From Amphiscolops sp. MND2022 (lineage: Eukaryota): 64,000 nucleotides of DNA. Position numbers and translations under genes: made by a program. Below are positions 22,362-34,246 of this stretch, in pieces. Positions within the stretch are counted from its first letter, which is position 1; each line of letters starts with the position of its first letter. The stretch spans positions 27,094,001-27,158,000 of the forward strand of contig OZ076415.1 of assembly GCA_964187785.1 (NCBI GenBank), read 5' to 3'. Below the pieces are notes generated by a model. It did no database searches. It saw only the letters and a list, made by a program, of their open reading frames with translations, and was not told the DNA's origin.

Positions 22362-25300
22362 ATGGGTTACGTTTTGTCGAGACTATGGAGCTATTTTTCT
22401 GGTCGAGGTTGGTTGTAAATTTTGAATGTCATACGGTCCTATGCTCACAGCGTATCACATTCTTTTCTGAAATGGTTGCTTTGTTGAGGACATTACGTGG
22501 TAATTCAAATAGCTGAAAATGAAAAGTTATCAAACAGCAAACAATTTTTATCGGGCCTACTGATAAGCTGGAATTCGATGTCGCGGATATTGTCAAAATT
22601 TTTACTGAAACGTCGGCTATGTTCACGTACCCCTGAAGCGCAAAGTCGAAATTCCGAAAAGCGAATTCCAGAAACTTCGAATCATGAAATATGGTGCTCG
22701 TCTGACAATACATTGCTAATCATGTTATTCAGTTCCAGCAATTAGAATTGAATCATTTGACGACAGATTGCAATTTCAATGCGCTATTTTTCTGAATTAT
22801 TTTCTCTCTATTCACGAGGCAATTCTCTCTATTCAAATTTATGCAAATAGTTGTTTGCCTGTGTTGAGTGCTTTCTCTGTTTCAGAGTACAAAGTAATCA
22901 TCGTTGGACTAGATAACGCTGGTAAAACAACCATTCTTTACCAACTGTGAGTATGTTTAATTTCTAATTTGTCGAGCAATGCTTTTCCATTCGATCAATG
23001 AAAGATCGTACAGTCAACTTTGGGTGTGTTCACGTTTTTATGCACATTTTTGAGTGCAAATTTTTTCAATCAATGGAGCGGTAGTAAATGCTTTTTATTT
23101 CTCGGTATGCACAAAAGGTACGACGATTGAACCACGTGAATACTAATTAATCTCACGATTTTGTATTCGATATCTGAAGAGCATCCAAATGGTTCCTTTG
23201 AATATTTTATATTTTTATTAGGATAACAAAACAAAAAAATAGATAAGGTCTTTATCTTTGGCTGAAAGGGTCTCGTTTCAGATATTTTTCGGCCATACGT
23301 TTTTTCAGATTTCCCTCAAAAACAGATTGATCATTTCCATAAGACTTAGCTTTTTTGACGCTGAAGCGGGGCGGGCTTTGACGTTCTGTTCTCCGCTTGT
23401 TGAAACTTGTTGACTACTTTATTCGTCTCTGCAGCTTTTAATTTAAAAAAGTCAGGTGTCTCATTAGGCGGTTCCTTTTTGATTGACCGTTTACTTTCGA
23501 ACCGTTTTTTGCTTTAAGCAAAGAATTTTTTCGTCCAAATAAGTTACGAAGAATTGTTTACATTCGTTATTTAAATGCTGTTGTTCATGTGTAAGGGAAG
23601 AGGGCACGCCCTTTGAAGTTGGGTCTGTCTTTAATTTCATTGTTTGTCATTTACTGTGACAGTTTTCATTTTTCGAAGGGAGAGTTGCAATACATGAGTA
23701 GTCAAGTTCAATTGATAAAGTCCTCGAAAATTCGACAAGTTGATTGAATATTCGAAGGCTATTTTGATCCTCAATTCAACTTTCCGGATTATTATTGTCA
23801 AGATGTTTCATGATTTGAAATTATCAATATTGAATTGTCATTTGTCTAAGAGATCACTACTTAACGAAGAACGTCTAGTTGGTGTGTTATTCTTTATACA
23901 CTCCCTTATGTTCAGTGTGAACCAAGTTCAAATAACCAAGTTCAGTGAGGTTCAAGGTAATATGGAACTGATTCATTACACAGATCGCTGCTACACAACG
24001 GATTCATTTTCCAATAGTGTTTTTGTTCAGATATTTTGATTGTGACATCTACTATGACATCATTTTTGGTTACCTTTACAATTGTTCATCGGTTGAACTA
24101 AGAAACTATCTGTCGCTATTTTTTTCAAAATCGATTTTTCCAGCCTTGAGATATTTTTTTCACAATTTTTTGATGTTTCAGAAGGATTCCCTTTCTAATT
24201 AATGCCCTTTTCATTCATTCCGGATTTTTCTCGAACCATATTTTTCTCCAAAACAAGCCTTGAGCATTGTCTAAAGACATGGCACTTTTAAAGCCTTAGG
24301 GCGGTCACCAACATGGTACGTTCCTAGCTTGTTTAAATCAAGTAGGTTTTGTTTTGGTTCACTGGATTTTGCTGTTGAGACTGTTGTTTCTTAGGCTTAT
24401 GAACGAAGTTGTTCACACGTCTCCCACGATTGGAAGCAATGTTGAAGAAATAACTTGGAAGAATGTGCACTTCATCATGTGGGATATAGGTTGGTGACTT
24501 ACATTTTTTTATCTTGACCTGTCTGGAGATAATTTTTAACACCTGGTGTCCACTAAGATAACATCAGTCCAAAAGTGTACTTTTGCACCAGGTTTTAGAA
24601 TTTTCAAATTGGGGGCGACCCGTATCGAGAGCACCAGTTGAAACTTTGAAAGTAGGAAAACTGCTAATTTTTCCGGTTGTGATATCAATTCGTTTCTTAC
24701 ATTTTATTATCAGTATTTATTTTTTAAATGTCGATCATTTCCAAAAGCAATGAAAATTTCAATTTCTTGGTAATTTATTTGAATAACAATTTTTCGATGC
24801 TTATATAGAACGCCTTGATAAAACTTTTAAACGATGCAACACTGGTTCGAGTGATTTTTTTTCAACGACGCTTTAGACCTTAAGCAGACCCCCCACTTAG
24901 AGTAGAATTTCTTTTGATTCGTTCAAAATTTTCAATTCAATATTCTTGATGCTATAAGGTATGCTCTGTTCCATCGGTTGATAGCTAGCATCGGGTGATA
25001 ACTCACGTTGAGAACTTGTTTTTCCAGGAGGTCAAGAATCCCTTCGACAGAGTTGGAGCACTTACTACGCCAACACAGATTTTGTAGTTCTTGTTGTGGA
25101 CAGCAGTGACAGAGATCGACTTGCTGTTACCAAAGAAGAGTTCTATCGCATGCTAGCTCACGATGTAAGTACTACATTCAGTTGTCTTCTTCCAACTCAC
25201 ATAAAACCAGAATCGAGTTATCGAAAAGAAATTTTTGTTTGCATTGTTTCACAGCTTTGTGAACAGTTAACACTGGGCGCAATTGAACCAGTTCGAAATG

Positions 25301-26969
25301 ATAAATAATAAAAGATGGTTTAAAACTTTTCCATTTAAAAAAGATTCACCTCGTCAATTGCATTATGGAAACTTTTATAATAATGGTATATGATTGCTCC
25401 ACCATTCGAAACATTCCAACCGGGCCGTTTTTCCAAAGTGGCGAAATCACAGCCCATGTTACTTCTCAGCTTTAGAAAAAATTTAAACCAGGGTCAATGA
25501 AACACGTTTTCGACAATTGATTTAGTAAAAAAGAATTATTTAAACAACAAAATCTTCACTGTGTATCCATGATAAGATAAAACATCAAGTTCAGAGACAT
25601 TTAAAAATTTTTGCCAGAGGGAATCTAGGAAGCTCACTTAAACGGCATTTTGGTGCTAAAATCAAGAGCTGAACCACATTGCTTCATGAAGGTAGGTATT
25701 AAGGATTCTAGTATGCACGAAGAGCCGCCTTGTGTTGTTTCCAGGATTTATACAAAGCTCAGGTTCTGGTGTACGCTAATAAACAAGACATCGAGGGTTG
25801 CATGACGGCTAGTGAAATTTCGCAATCACTGAGATTGACAGCTCTAAAGACCCATGGCTGGCACATACAATCATGTTGCGCAATCACCGGGGAAGGGTAA
25901 GTTACATCCGACCTACAAACTGAAGTTATTGTAGAACCAACTGATCAAAGAAACTTCGTTTTTCAACCGCCTGTTGCTCCGGTCCTGTTAAACTTTCAAA
26001 TGTTTCAAATTTTTGAACCGTTTTGATAGAGCGATTTTGTTAGTGAATGAATTGGGAAAACGTCTTATTTGCAAGTGTTAACAAGACGGGAACGTCCCAA
26101 GTCGGCGCCATATCTTAGGCTCAAAAATATTCAAGGAACAACTATTGGAAAAATTTGGAAAAAAATTTTTTTTCAAAAAACAATTTTGATTTTTTTTCGA
26201 AAAAAAGTATTTTTTAGGTCGCACAATGCCGAAAAACTCAAAAAAAGGCCATTCAGGCTCATTCAACGTTTTCTACAAACCGAAAAATTCAAGGGGGTAC
26301 CCTTTGATAAATTTCGAAAATTTTCGAAAAATCGCATAGTGCCGAAAAAAAAACCCAAAGGGGGGACCCTTTGGTCTCACCTGTACTTTTGGAAGCATTA
26401 AAAAATTTATGGTTTAGTGCGAGAATCGAACCCACGCTCTCCGGCTGGGTCGAAGATGGAAGATGAACAAATATGAAAGATGAACAAAAATTGTAAGAAA
26501 AGTGGACCACTCAGAGTGAGATTGTCAACTGAAAAAAAAACTACTCACTGTAAGAGTCGGGCTTTTTTCCTTAAGGGAAAAGGCGCCGACTAAAAACGCT
26601 TGTGATTTGTTTTTATGATGGCATTGTGGTATACCACGAAAAAATTCGATCACTTTTACGTCAAATATACCTTTTCTTCGTTAAAACGTTGTTGATAGAT
26701 GATGCTTAGAAGAACAGTTTTCACCCAAATTTTCATGGTTTAGAACGGATTTTCCAACTAAAAGTTTCTCGAATTGATTTTTTTTGCTCAGGTAGTGATA
26801 TTTAAAAAACCACATGCGTTTCATCAAACCAATTAAAGGTCAAAATTTCAAAAGTCACGGAAATTTCCATGTGGCGGAAAAACCAAGTGAAGATAGTTGA
26901 TCTCATGAACAAATATGTTTTAGGTTGACTCAAGGTCTAGAGTGGATTGCTTCTAACGTGAAAAGATGA
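22362..26969 (+). CDS. ARL5: ADP-ribosylation factor-like GTPase 5
   Basis: Exons 22362-22407, 22886-22946, 24395-24489, 25028-25164, 25745-25896, 26924-26969 (GT-AG; 537 nt, 178 aa). [46 protein letters not shown]. Confidence 0.93.
26080..26596 (-). mobile_element. Helentron/DINE-1-like element, family A (ARL5 intron 5)
   Basis: On minus: TTTTTAGTCGGCGCC...AAAAAAGCCCGACT; 3' GGCGCCGACT plus GACG-TTCC-CGTC hairpin plus TTGTT; internal GGTTCGATTC B-box. Confidence 0.85.
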
Positions 26970-27329
26970 CAATAACAGTAATTCAATGCCGATCTTAGAT
27001 GTTTGATGGTGTAAATATATGGAGTGGCAAATGGCCTCCGCTGTCAAGTTAACCCCGTCGTCTCTTGATTCTGATTGGATTGGAAGGTTTATGGATACAT
27101 ACTAGATACCATTTAGTACTTTTATCGGCGGTTTGTTCCTTCGTTACTGTGGCGTCACCTATCCATGTTTCTCCATCAGTAGTTTATTAATTAAGCTTTT
27201 ATATGATCTGCTCATTGTCATTAATTATAATTCGAACGGTATTTTAACTAGGCAGTTATGATATGATGATCTATACTTTCATTAGATTTTGTTTAATTTA
27301 TTTTGTTTCGATTCTCTTATCTTTTTCAT

Positions 27330-28309
27330 CAGAGTGTTCTTTACACTTGCGATAAGCAAGTGTTGTGGGAAAGTGCGGGTGCTTTTTTTCCGCGCGACAA
27401 CTCTCTCATTTCACGCGGCAAGTCGCACGTTTCACGCGTTCGTGGTCTAGTGGTGAGATGCTTGCTTTTCAACCCAGAGGTTTCGTGTTCGAACCCGTGG
27501 GTATGCGCTAATTTTTACAAGTATTCCGAAGCAGAAGGTTCTCACTTTCGGCACTATGAGACTTTTCGGCTTTGTGGCTTTTTTCGAAATTTTTTAAATG
27601 TCGCCAAAGAACGAATGCATATTTTGCAACAGAACGAATGTTGAAAAAATCCCAAAAGGTCCCTTCTTTCCGAATTTCCGGCACTATGAGACTGTTCAAA
27701 ATTCTCATTTTTTGTTTTTTTTTCGAAAAAAAGACACCAAAGAGTCCCCCTTCAATTTTTGAAATTTTGCAACAGAATGGATGTTAAAAAATCTCAAAGG
27801 GCCCCTCTTTCACAGTTTCCGGCATTGTGAGATTTTTCAAAAGGAATAATTTTCGAGTTAAAATTAGGTTTTCTCAAGCCTAGCACGCTATATCCGTTTT
27901 TTTTTTTAAAAAAAAGACCGGTGTTTTTTCTATGCGACTTAAAAAAAATTTTTTTCACCGAAGCCCTTCCTCAATTTTTGCCAGAAACGAAACGTTTTGC
28001 GAGAGTTAAGGACTCAAGGTTTTCGGCACTATGCGACTTACCGGAGACCATCAAAAATATTTTGGAATTTTTTTTTCCTCAATTTTCTGTTTTTTCAAGG
28101 TTTTTCGTTGAGAAAGATGGGTTTTTTGCTGTTTTCAGTTGGGGAAAATGGTTTTCGAGACTTATGCGTATCCCTTCGGGTATTTTTTGGCGCTGTAAAA
28201 TTGATGAAATTTTAATGTCCTTTTACCCTTGGTTCCCCGTATGATATTACTTATTTGGTTTTCTTCAAAAGTTCGGAAGTGTTTGCGAAGCACGGCTTCG
28301 CCTCTGTGT
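27330..28309. mobile_element. Non-autonomous element, family B: hairpin ends, tRNA-like head, AAAGGGTCCC-type central repeats
   Basis: Hairpin ACACTTGC-GATAA-GCAAGTGT 27343-63; terminal GCGAAGC-ACG-GCTTCGC-CTCTGTGT 28285-309 (also 31989-32013, to 58938, partial 54022). Confidence 0.65.
27436..27507 (+). repeat. tRNA-derived (Glu-like) cassette, probably non-functional
   Basis: A-box TGGTCTAGTGG, loop CTTTTCAA, B-box-like TGTTCGAACCC; stems broken. Confidence 0.6.
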
Positions 28310-28593
28310 AAAACATCCTAATATTTAAGTATTTCAAAATTTATCTTTCACTGATGGCCTCAACCATAAATCACTTCAAAGCTGAAAGTTGAAATCTTGA
28401 GGTTGAATGCCAATTTTCTATGAAACTTATTACGTGGTTGTTTTCAACTTTCGAAAATGCAAGTATTGTTATACGAGTCGAATATAGCCTAAAAGTTTTT
28501 TAGTCTGGTGCATATTCCAGCTCATAGTTTACAAGATAATTTCAAATTGTCCTTCACTCGAAATGATTGAAAACCCAATTTCAGAATAGCTTG

Positions 28594-30486
28594 ATGGCTC
28601 TGATGAAAAACTCGATTGCAATGTTGGGACGTATGTCCGGTGCCAGCCATTTGCAGAAATATTCTCGTTGTATGGCCTGGTGGTCTCACGTTGAAATGGC
28701 ACCCCTGGATCCGATCGTGGGCCTGACTGAACTTTTCAACAAAGACACAAGTCCCAAGAAAACCAACTTGGGCGTGGGTGCTTACAAGGATGAAAATGGA
28801 AAGGCTTGGGTTCTCCCTTCTGTTTTGAAAGCTGAGCAAAGTGTGATGGATGCTAAACTTGATAAGGAGTATTTGGGAATTGTGGGAGATAAAGAATTCA
28901 CGAAACTTGCCATTCAACTTGCTCTTGATTCAAAGAGCCCTGTTCTGGAAAGGACTTCCTCTGTTCAAACCCTTTCAGGTACAGGGGCTCTCAGAGTTGC
29001 TGCTAATTATTTGAAGAAGTTCCACGACAAACCGGTCTGGCTGCCTATCCCTAGTTGGGGAAATCACACACCCATTTTTGGGCACGCCGGCTTGCAAGTG
29101 AAAGGATACAGATATTATGATGATAAGACCATTGGTTTGGACATCGAGGGTATGTTGGAGGCCCTGTCTAAAATTCCCGAGGGCGATACAGTTTTGTTCC
29201 ACCCTTCTGCCCACAACCCCACCGGAGTTGACCCGACGCAAGATGAGTGGATCAGAATCGAAGAGGTTGTCCGTGACCGTAAACTACTGCCCTTATTTGA
29301 CATGGCCTACCAAGTACGTTTATGCTTTCATTCTGTGTACGATGCAAATACCAATATATGAAATCAAGTTTTTGAAACTTAGTTTCACTCTTTTTGCTTT
29401 TTTTCAATTTTTGTGTGGAGTTGAATGCAATCTCAGCGTGAAAATTGATTACATGTAGAAGTTTTCGTTTCTCTGGGCACCGTGTCTTTCCTCTTCGAGA
29501 TGACGATGACTCATCTCAAGTTATGATGCCATGACTCATTTCAAAGCATGGCTGAAGCAAAAATTGAGCCTTTCATTTCGTTTCAGGGTTTTGCCAGTGG
29601 TGACATTGAACGAGATGCTTTCCCAGTGAGGCATTTTGCATCACATGGTCATCAGTTTATTCTGACGCAGAGTTTCTCCAAAAACATGGGGCTATACGGA
29701 CTCAGAGTTGGTGCTTTAAGTTTTGTCTGTGAAAGTGCCGATGAAGCTCAACGAGTGGAATCACAAGTTAGTTTGAGACTTTTGATTCATTTAGGCTGCT
29801 GTTAATAAATTTCGAAAACTGACAAAATTGACTCACATTTTTTCAGAAGTTTTTGTTTTTGCCTCATTTTTCAAATTTTTTTTATAAAGAAAAGATTAAG
29901 ACTTGAATTCGTGTTCGTATAATAAATTGAACGTAGACGTCACTAGAAGTGAAGAAGTTGAATGAGTCGATGTATGAATTGTAAGATAAACGGTCATCGT
30001 ACTCAACTTAAACGTATTCAATGATAAACCATGTTTTAAAACTATATGGTGATTGTTTTGTTCAAGACTACTATCTCTTGTGCTCGATACTAGATGATTG
30101 CTGTTTCGTTTCAGGTCAAGATCATTATCAGACCAATGTACAGTATGCCGCCTAGTCATGGATGCAGAATTGCCAAGACGATTTTGAGAGACGACGCTTT
30201 GCGATCTGAATGGATAACAGACGTGAAAACGATGGCCAATCGCATCATTGGAATGAGACATTCACTAGTAGACGGTCTTAAGGCTGCAGGTAGCTTGAAA
30301 GACTGGTCCCATATCAGCAGACAAATCGGCATGTTCTGTTTCACCGGTCTGTCTCCCGAACAGGTTATGAAAATGCGGGAAGACTATTCCATCTACATGA
30401 CCAAAGATGGTAGAATTTCAGTCTCTGGCTTGAACGCAAACAATGTCGAGTATGTGGCAAATGCTATTCATGCCGTCACCAGGTGA
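28594..30486 (+). CDS. GOT2: Mitochondrial aspartate aminotransferase
   Basis: Exons 28594-29313, 29587-29766, 30115-30486 (423 aa); N-terminal presequence-like segment then WWSHVEMAP, NLGVGAY, AHNPTG, DMAYQGFASG, PLP lysine SFSKNMGLYG, QIGMFCFTG, TKDGRIS. Confidence 0.96.
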
Positions 30487-31723
30487 ATGAAATGATTGAA
30501 AAACAACGTAAAGGTGTAAAAAAATTGTTTAATTGTAAACCTCGCACAATGAAGCTCTATCGTTAAAACTTTCGAATCTTAACACTATGAATTTAAGGTC
30601 ATCAAAGGTCACTATTTTATGTAATATAAATCAAAGCATCCTTCACCTCGAAGAGACCCCAACTGCAATTTTTGTAAAGGTATTTGTAATATATTGAAAA
30701 CTGAGTGAATAAATATGTCCAGATGATGGATGGATGTTTTGATTGAACCATTTCTGTCGAATCTCGCCAACCAACTTTTTGGACTCGAGAACTGCGCTTC
30801 CTGCTTCTATCATACCATAAACATAAACTGCCATAGCTGAATCTGGTTATTGAATTGAACCTTATTGGATTTGTATATCTAACTTCATTGCTGCATTCTA
30901 ATATAACATGATGACTGATCATTTTTCTCGGAAGTTGTCTTTTTTCTCGGGGATGGCCTTGTTCACGTGTTAGCACCGTTATGATTGATGAAGTTTATTT
31001 CACCATGTGGCGAAATTTTGATTGAATTAATACTTTATTGATAACGCTTTTCTTGTTGAGTTAGTGGGAATTTACTAGTAAGTGGATGATGACAGCTCTA
31101 GAAGAGTTGCTTTTTTGGAGTAGAAATATTAGAAATCGAAAATTGCGATAAGATTATTCGTAGTTGAATTATTCAGAATTGAAAATGATAATTTGTAATA
31201 TAAATTTCAAAACCGAAATTGGTTGTATACTCTGCCTTCCTTTTTCCGTAGCACTTCGCCAAGTAGTGGCACGTCGCTTCGTTTCGTTCCCGCATTCAGG
31301 ACACTATAGTTTTGATGTCAAACTAATGAAATTTTCACCTGTTGAGTCGAGATGAACTCAAATCACATTTCGATCCTAATTTTGCAAACTGTTAGATTTT
31401 ACATATTCAACACTGCACAGCAATCCCTAATTAGGAACCAATGCTGTTCGTTTTAAGGGCTGAAGCCTATTGGGGACCGCTTGGCATCAAAGGCTCAACT
31501 GTCACTGGAAAGCGGTTTCAACTTCGTAAAATGTTTTTTAAAATTTGAATTCCTACATCTTCAACCGATGATAAGATATGAGTGGAATATATAGATTATA
31601 ACAAGTAATCTGAAGGAATCGCTCACAAATGGTTTTTGTTATATTATAGGCGTGTATTCTAGCATATCTGGGTTACTTCCCGCGGTGATGCGCACAGCTC
31701 GTGAAACATCTTGTCGCACCTTT

Positions 31724-32013
31724 TTTTTGCACATGACGAAGTCAATGTGCATTGCAGTCCAGCTAAGAAAGTTTTTTTTCCACAATAGTCAACTTCATAA
31801 TGAGCGCCTTTTAGACAAAAGCCAAAACCCCTGAGAGATTCGAACCTGCAGCCTCCCGATTGCACAGCATAAGTGTTGACCACTGTGCCATAGGGACGTT
31901 ATTGAACAAAGTTGAACTGTTGAATATATACGCATGCGATTAAAATAATATATATACGCATATTAAAATAATGTCTTCGTCATGTGTTGCGAAGCACCGC
32001 TTCGCCTCTGTGT
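31724..32013 (-). mobile_element. Dispersed ~290-bp element with tRNA-like cassette (31828-31897) and GCGAAGC/GCTTCGC hairpin end
   Basis: Near-identical to 58649-58938; minus strand TGGCACAGTGG (A box) and GGTTCGAATC (B box). Confidence 0.85.
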
Positions 32014-33084
32014 CGAAATTCCATTCCTCCCAATTTACCGGGCCCACGGCGAGTTTATATCAGGTTCCATGTAACAGCTTCTTGGAATGACCGATGGCGG
32101 GAAATGTTCCGAAAACTTCTGTTACTTGTCTTCATTTTTCGATTTCAGTTTTCAAAAAAAATCAATTTTCGATTTTGCAAAGTAAAATTCAAAAATTTGA
32201 AGTTGCAGCTTCGAGCTCTATAAGATAAAACCCAATTGCTTAGTGTCTGTCGTCAACTGAATTTTTATCAGTCGGATTATATGAAATATTGGTAGAGTAT
32301 TATGTATGATGATGTCATTTGATCGGTTTTCTTTCAATCCAGGTGTCCAAATCCAGTTAACCGAAACCTCGTCATTATTATTCGGCGCTTTGTCAGTTTT
32401 GAACAACTCTTGCGGCTATAGTTTGTTAGACCTCTCATAAGCTGACGCTCACGGAACTGAATTAATGATTGGTCACCTTTAAGTTGAGAACCTCCCGGGA
32501 ACGGACCGAGTCGACGGCCCAACTAACGTTTAGTTCAAAAGTTAAGTATTCAAAATATGCTCAAAGAATATCCAAAGACACTTCATGCTCTAAAACGCTG
32601 TTTCCTAATTGAAAACAAAACGGGGCAATCGTGTCTGGCTTATGTTCAAAAACAGAAAAAAGTTTAGCCCAGCCCGGGATTCGAACCCCAAGGTTTTGGC
32701 CAAGCACCCGTATTACGGTACTGTCAGTACTACCAGCTTCCAGTTGTTTCATGTAGAGGATTGGGAAAATCAGAACGAAAGAACCGTGCTTAACTTAGGT
32801 TTTTACTTTCTTAGGAAGAAGTCACTTCGAAGAAGCCTGCTTACAAGAAGCTGCAGGATGGTTTTTATTATTTCTACGATAGTTAATTACTCGTTCGCCG
32901 AGAGCTTCGCCTACATTTTGAGAAGAGTTCAAGACGTCTTTTTGTACCAAAATATTTGAGGAAATTTCAGGAACCTTGTAGCAGCCATATGGTTGCAAAG
33001 TTTGAAACTACCTCAAAATGTTTGGGAAGTTTTCGGGAAAATCTTGAGGGTCCATGAATTGAAATAACTTTTTCTTTTCCACCA

Positions 33085-33285
33085 AAGGGTCCCTCCTTCA
33101 AATTTTTGGAGTTTTGCGACAGAATTGATGCTGAAAAATCCCCAAGGTTCCCCCTTTCAGTTTTTTCGGCATTGAAACTTTTTTCAAATTTTTTTCGGGT
33201 GCTATAGAAGAATACTTCGACATTTTGAAGTCCTTTTGCTATTTTTGAGCCTTAGATATGGCGCCGACTTGGGCCGGTTTATTCT
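33085..33285 (+). mobile_element. Family A element, partial (3' half)
   Basis: AAAGGGTCCC repeats and TTTTGAGCCTTAGATATGGCGCCGACTTGGGCCG. Confidence 0.7.
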
Positions 33286-34246
33286 GTTCGAGGCTTCCAT
33301 TCAAGCAAGCCTTAGCCCTTAGAAGTCTCTGCTAATTTTCTATTTGTAAGCTTTGTTTGTTTTCTTTCAGCAGATAAATTGAATTAAATTGAAACCGTTG
33401 GTGTTCGAATTTTTTGAGACAACACACGGCAGATGTTCGTTCTTTTCGGGAAAGTTCTGGCAATTAAACGACTTTCCGCAATATTTTTTGAACCAAAAGT
33501 TTCGAAAATTTTCCCACGGGCAGATAGATTTCAAAAAACTCTTGATGGTTGCTATCAGTGTTTACATTTTTGGTACAAAATCCAAAGTCGCAACATTGCA
33601 ACTTAATTTCAGGAACAAAATGTGAATCTAATCAATTTTCAGTTCAGTAGAGAAATTTCATTTTCAATCACGTTTTTCAAGTTTTCTTCCTGTTTCTCAA
33701 TTTTTAAAAAGGGCATACTTTGTGTTGGCAAGTGAATTTCGAAATGATTCATAGAAATCCATGGAACCTCAAAAATTCCGTGCTTTAGAATTTTGAAAAT
33801 GTTTTTGCCTGATTGCATTTTTTAAATCTTGTGTGCATCAATTGCGAAAGGCGTGGGTTGACACGCTTATCGATGTCAACGCGTGAATTGGGGTCTCAAT
33901 ATAAGCCAAGTATGATTAATGCTATGAAAACAAGTGTTCGTTCGATGATCAAAGAGTTTTTTCTAGTGAGCAGAAAAGAACAAGTTTGGAATCCTAATAG
34001 TTACCCAAAATTTGCTACATATATATTCCTATTCTCTGATGAGAAGTTAAGCTAATGTATGAATGGTTTTATGAAATGCCGTTGTTTCACAATGTGTACT
34101 AGAACAACCGCGCTAGAAGAACGTAATCAATTGGGCGCTAGTCTCAAAGAAGTCCTTGTAGAATGGAGTTCTAGTTCTGTTACCTTTTATGAATGTTTTT
34201 GATTTTACGATGTTGGCTTCACATGAAAAACCGGTTGTATTTCAGA

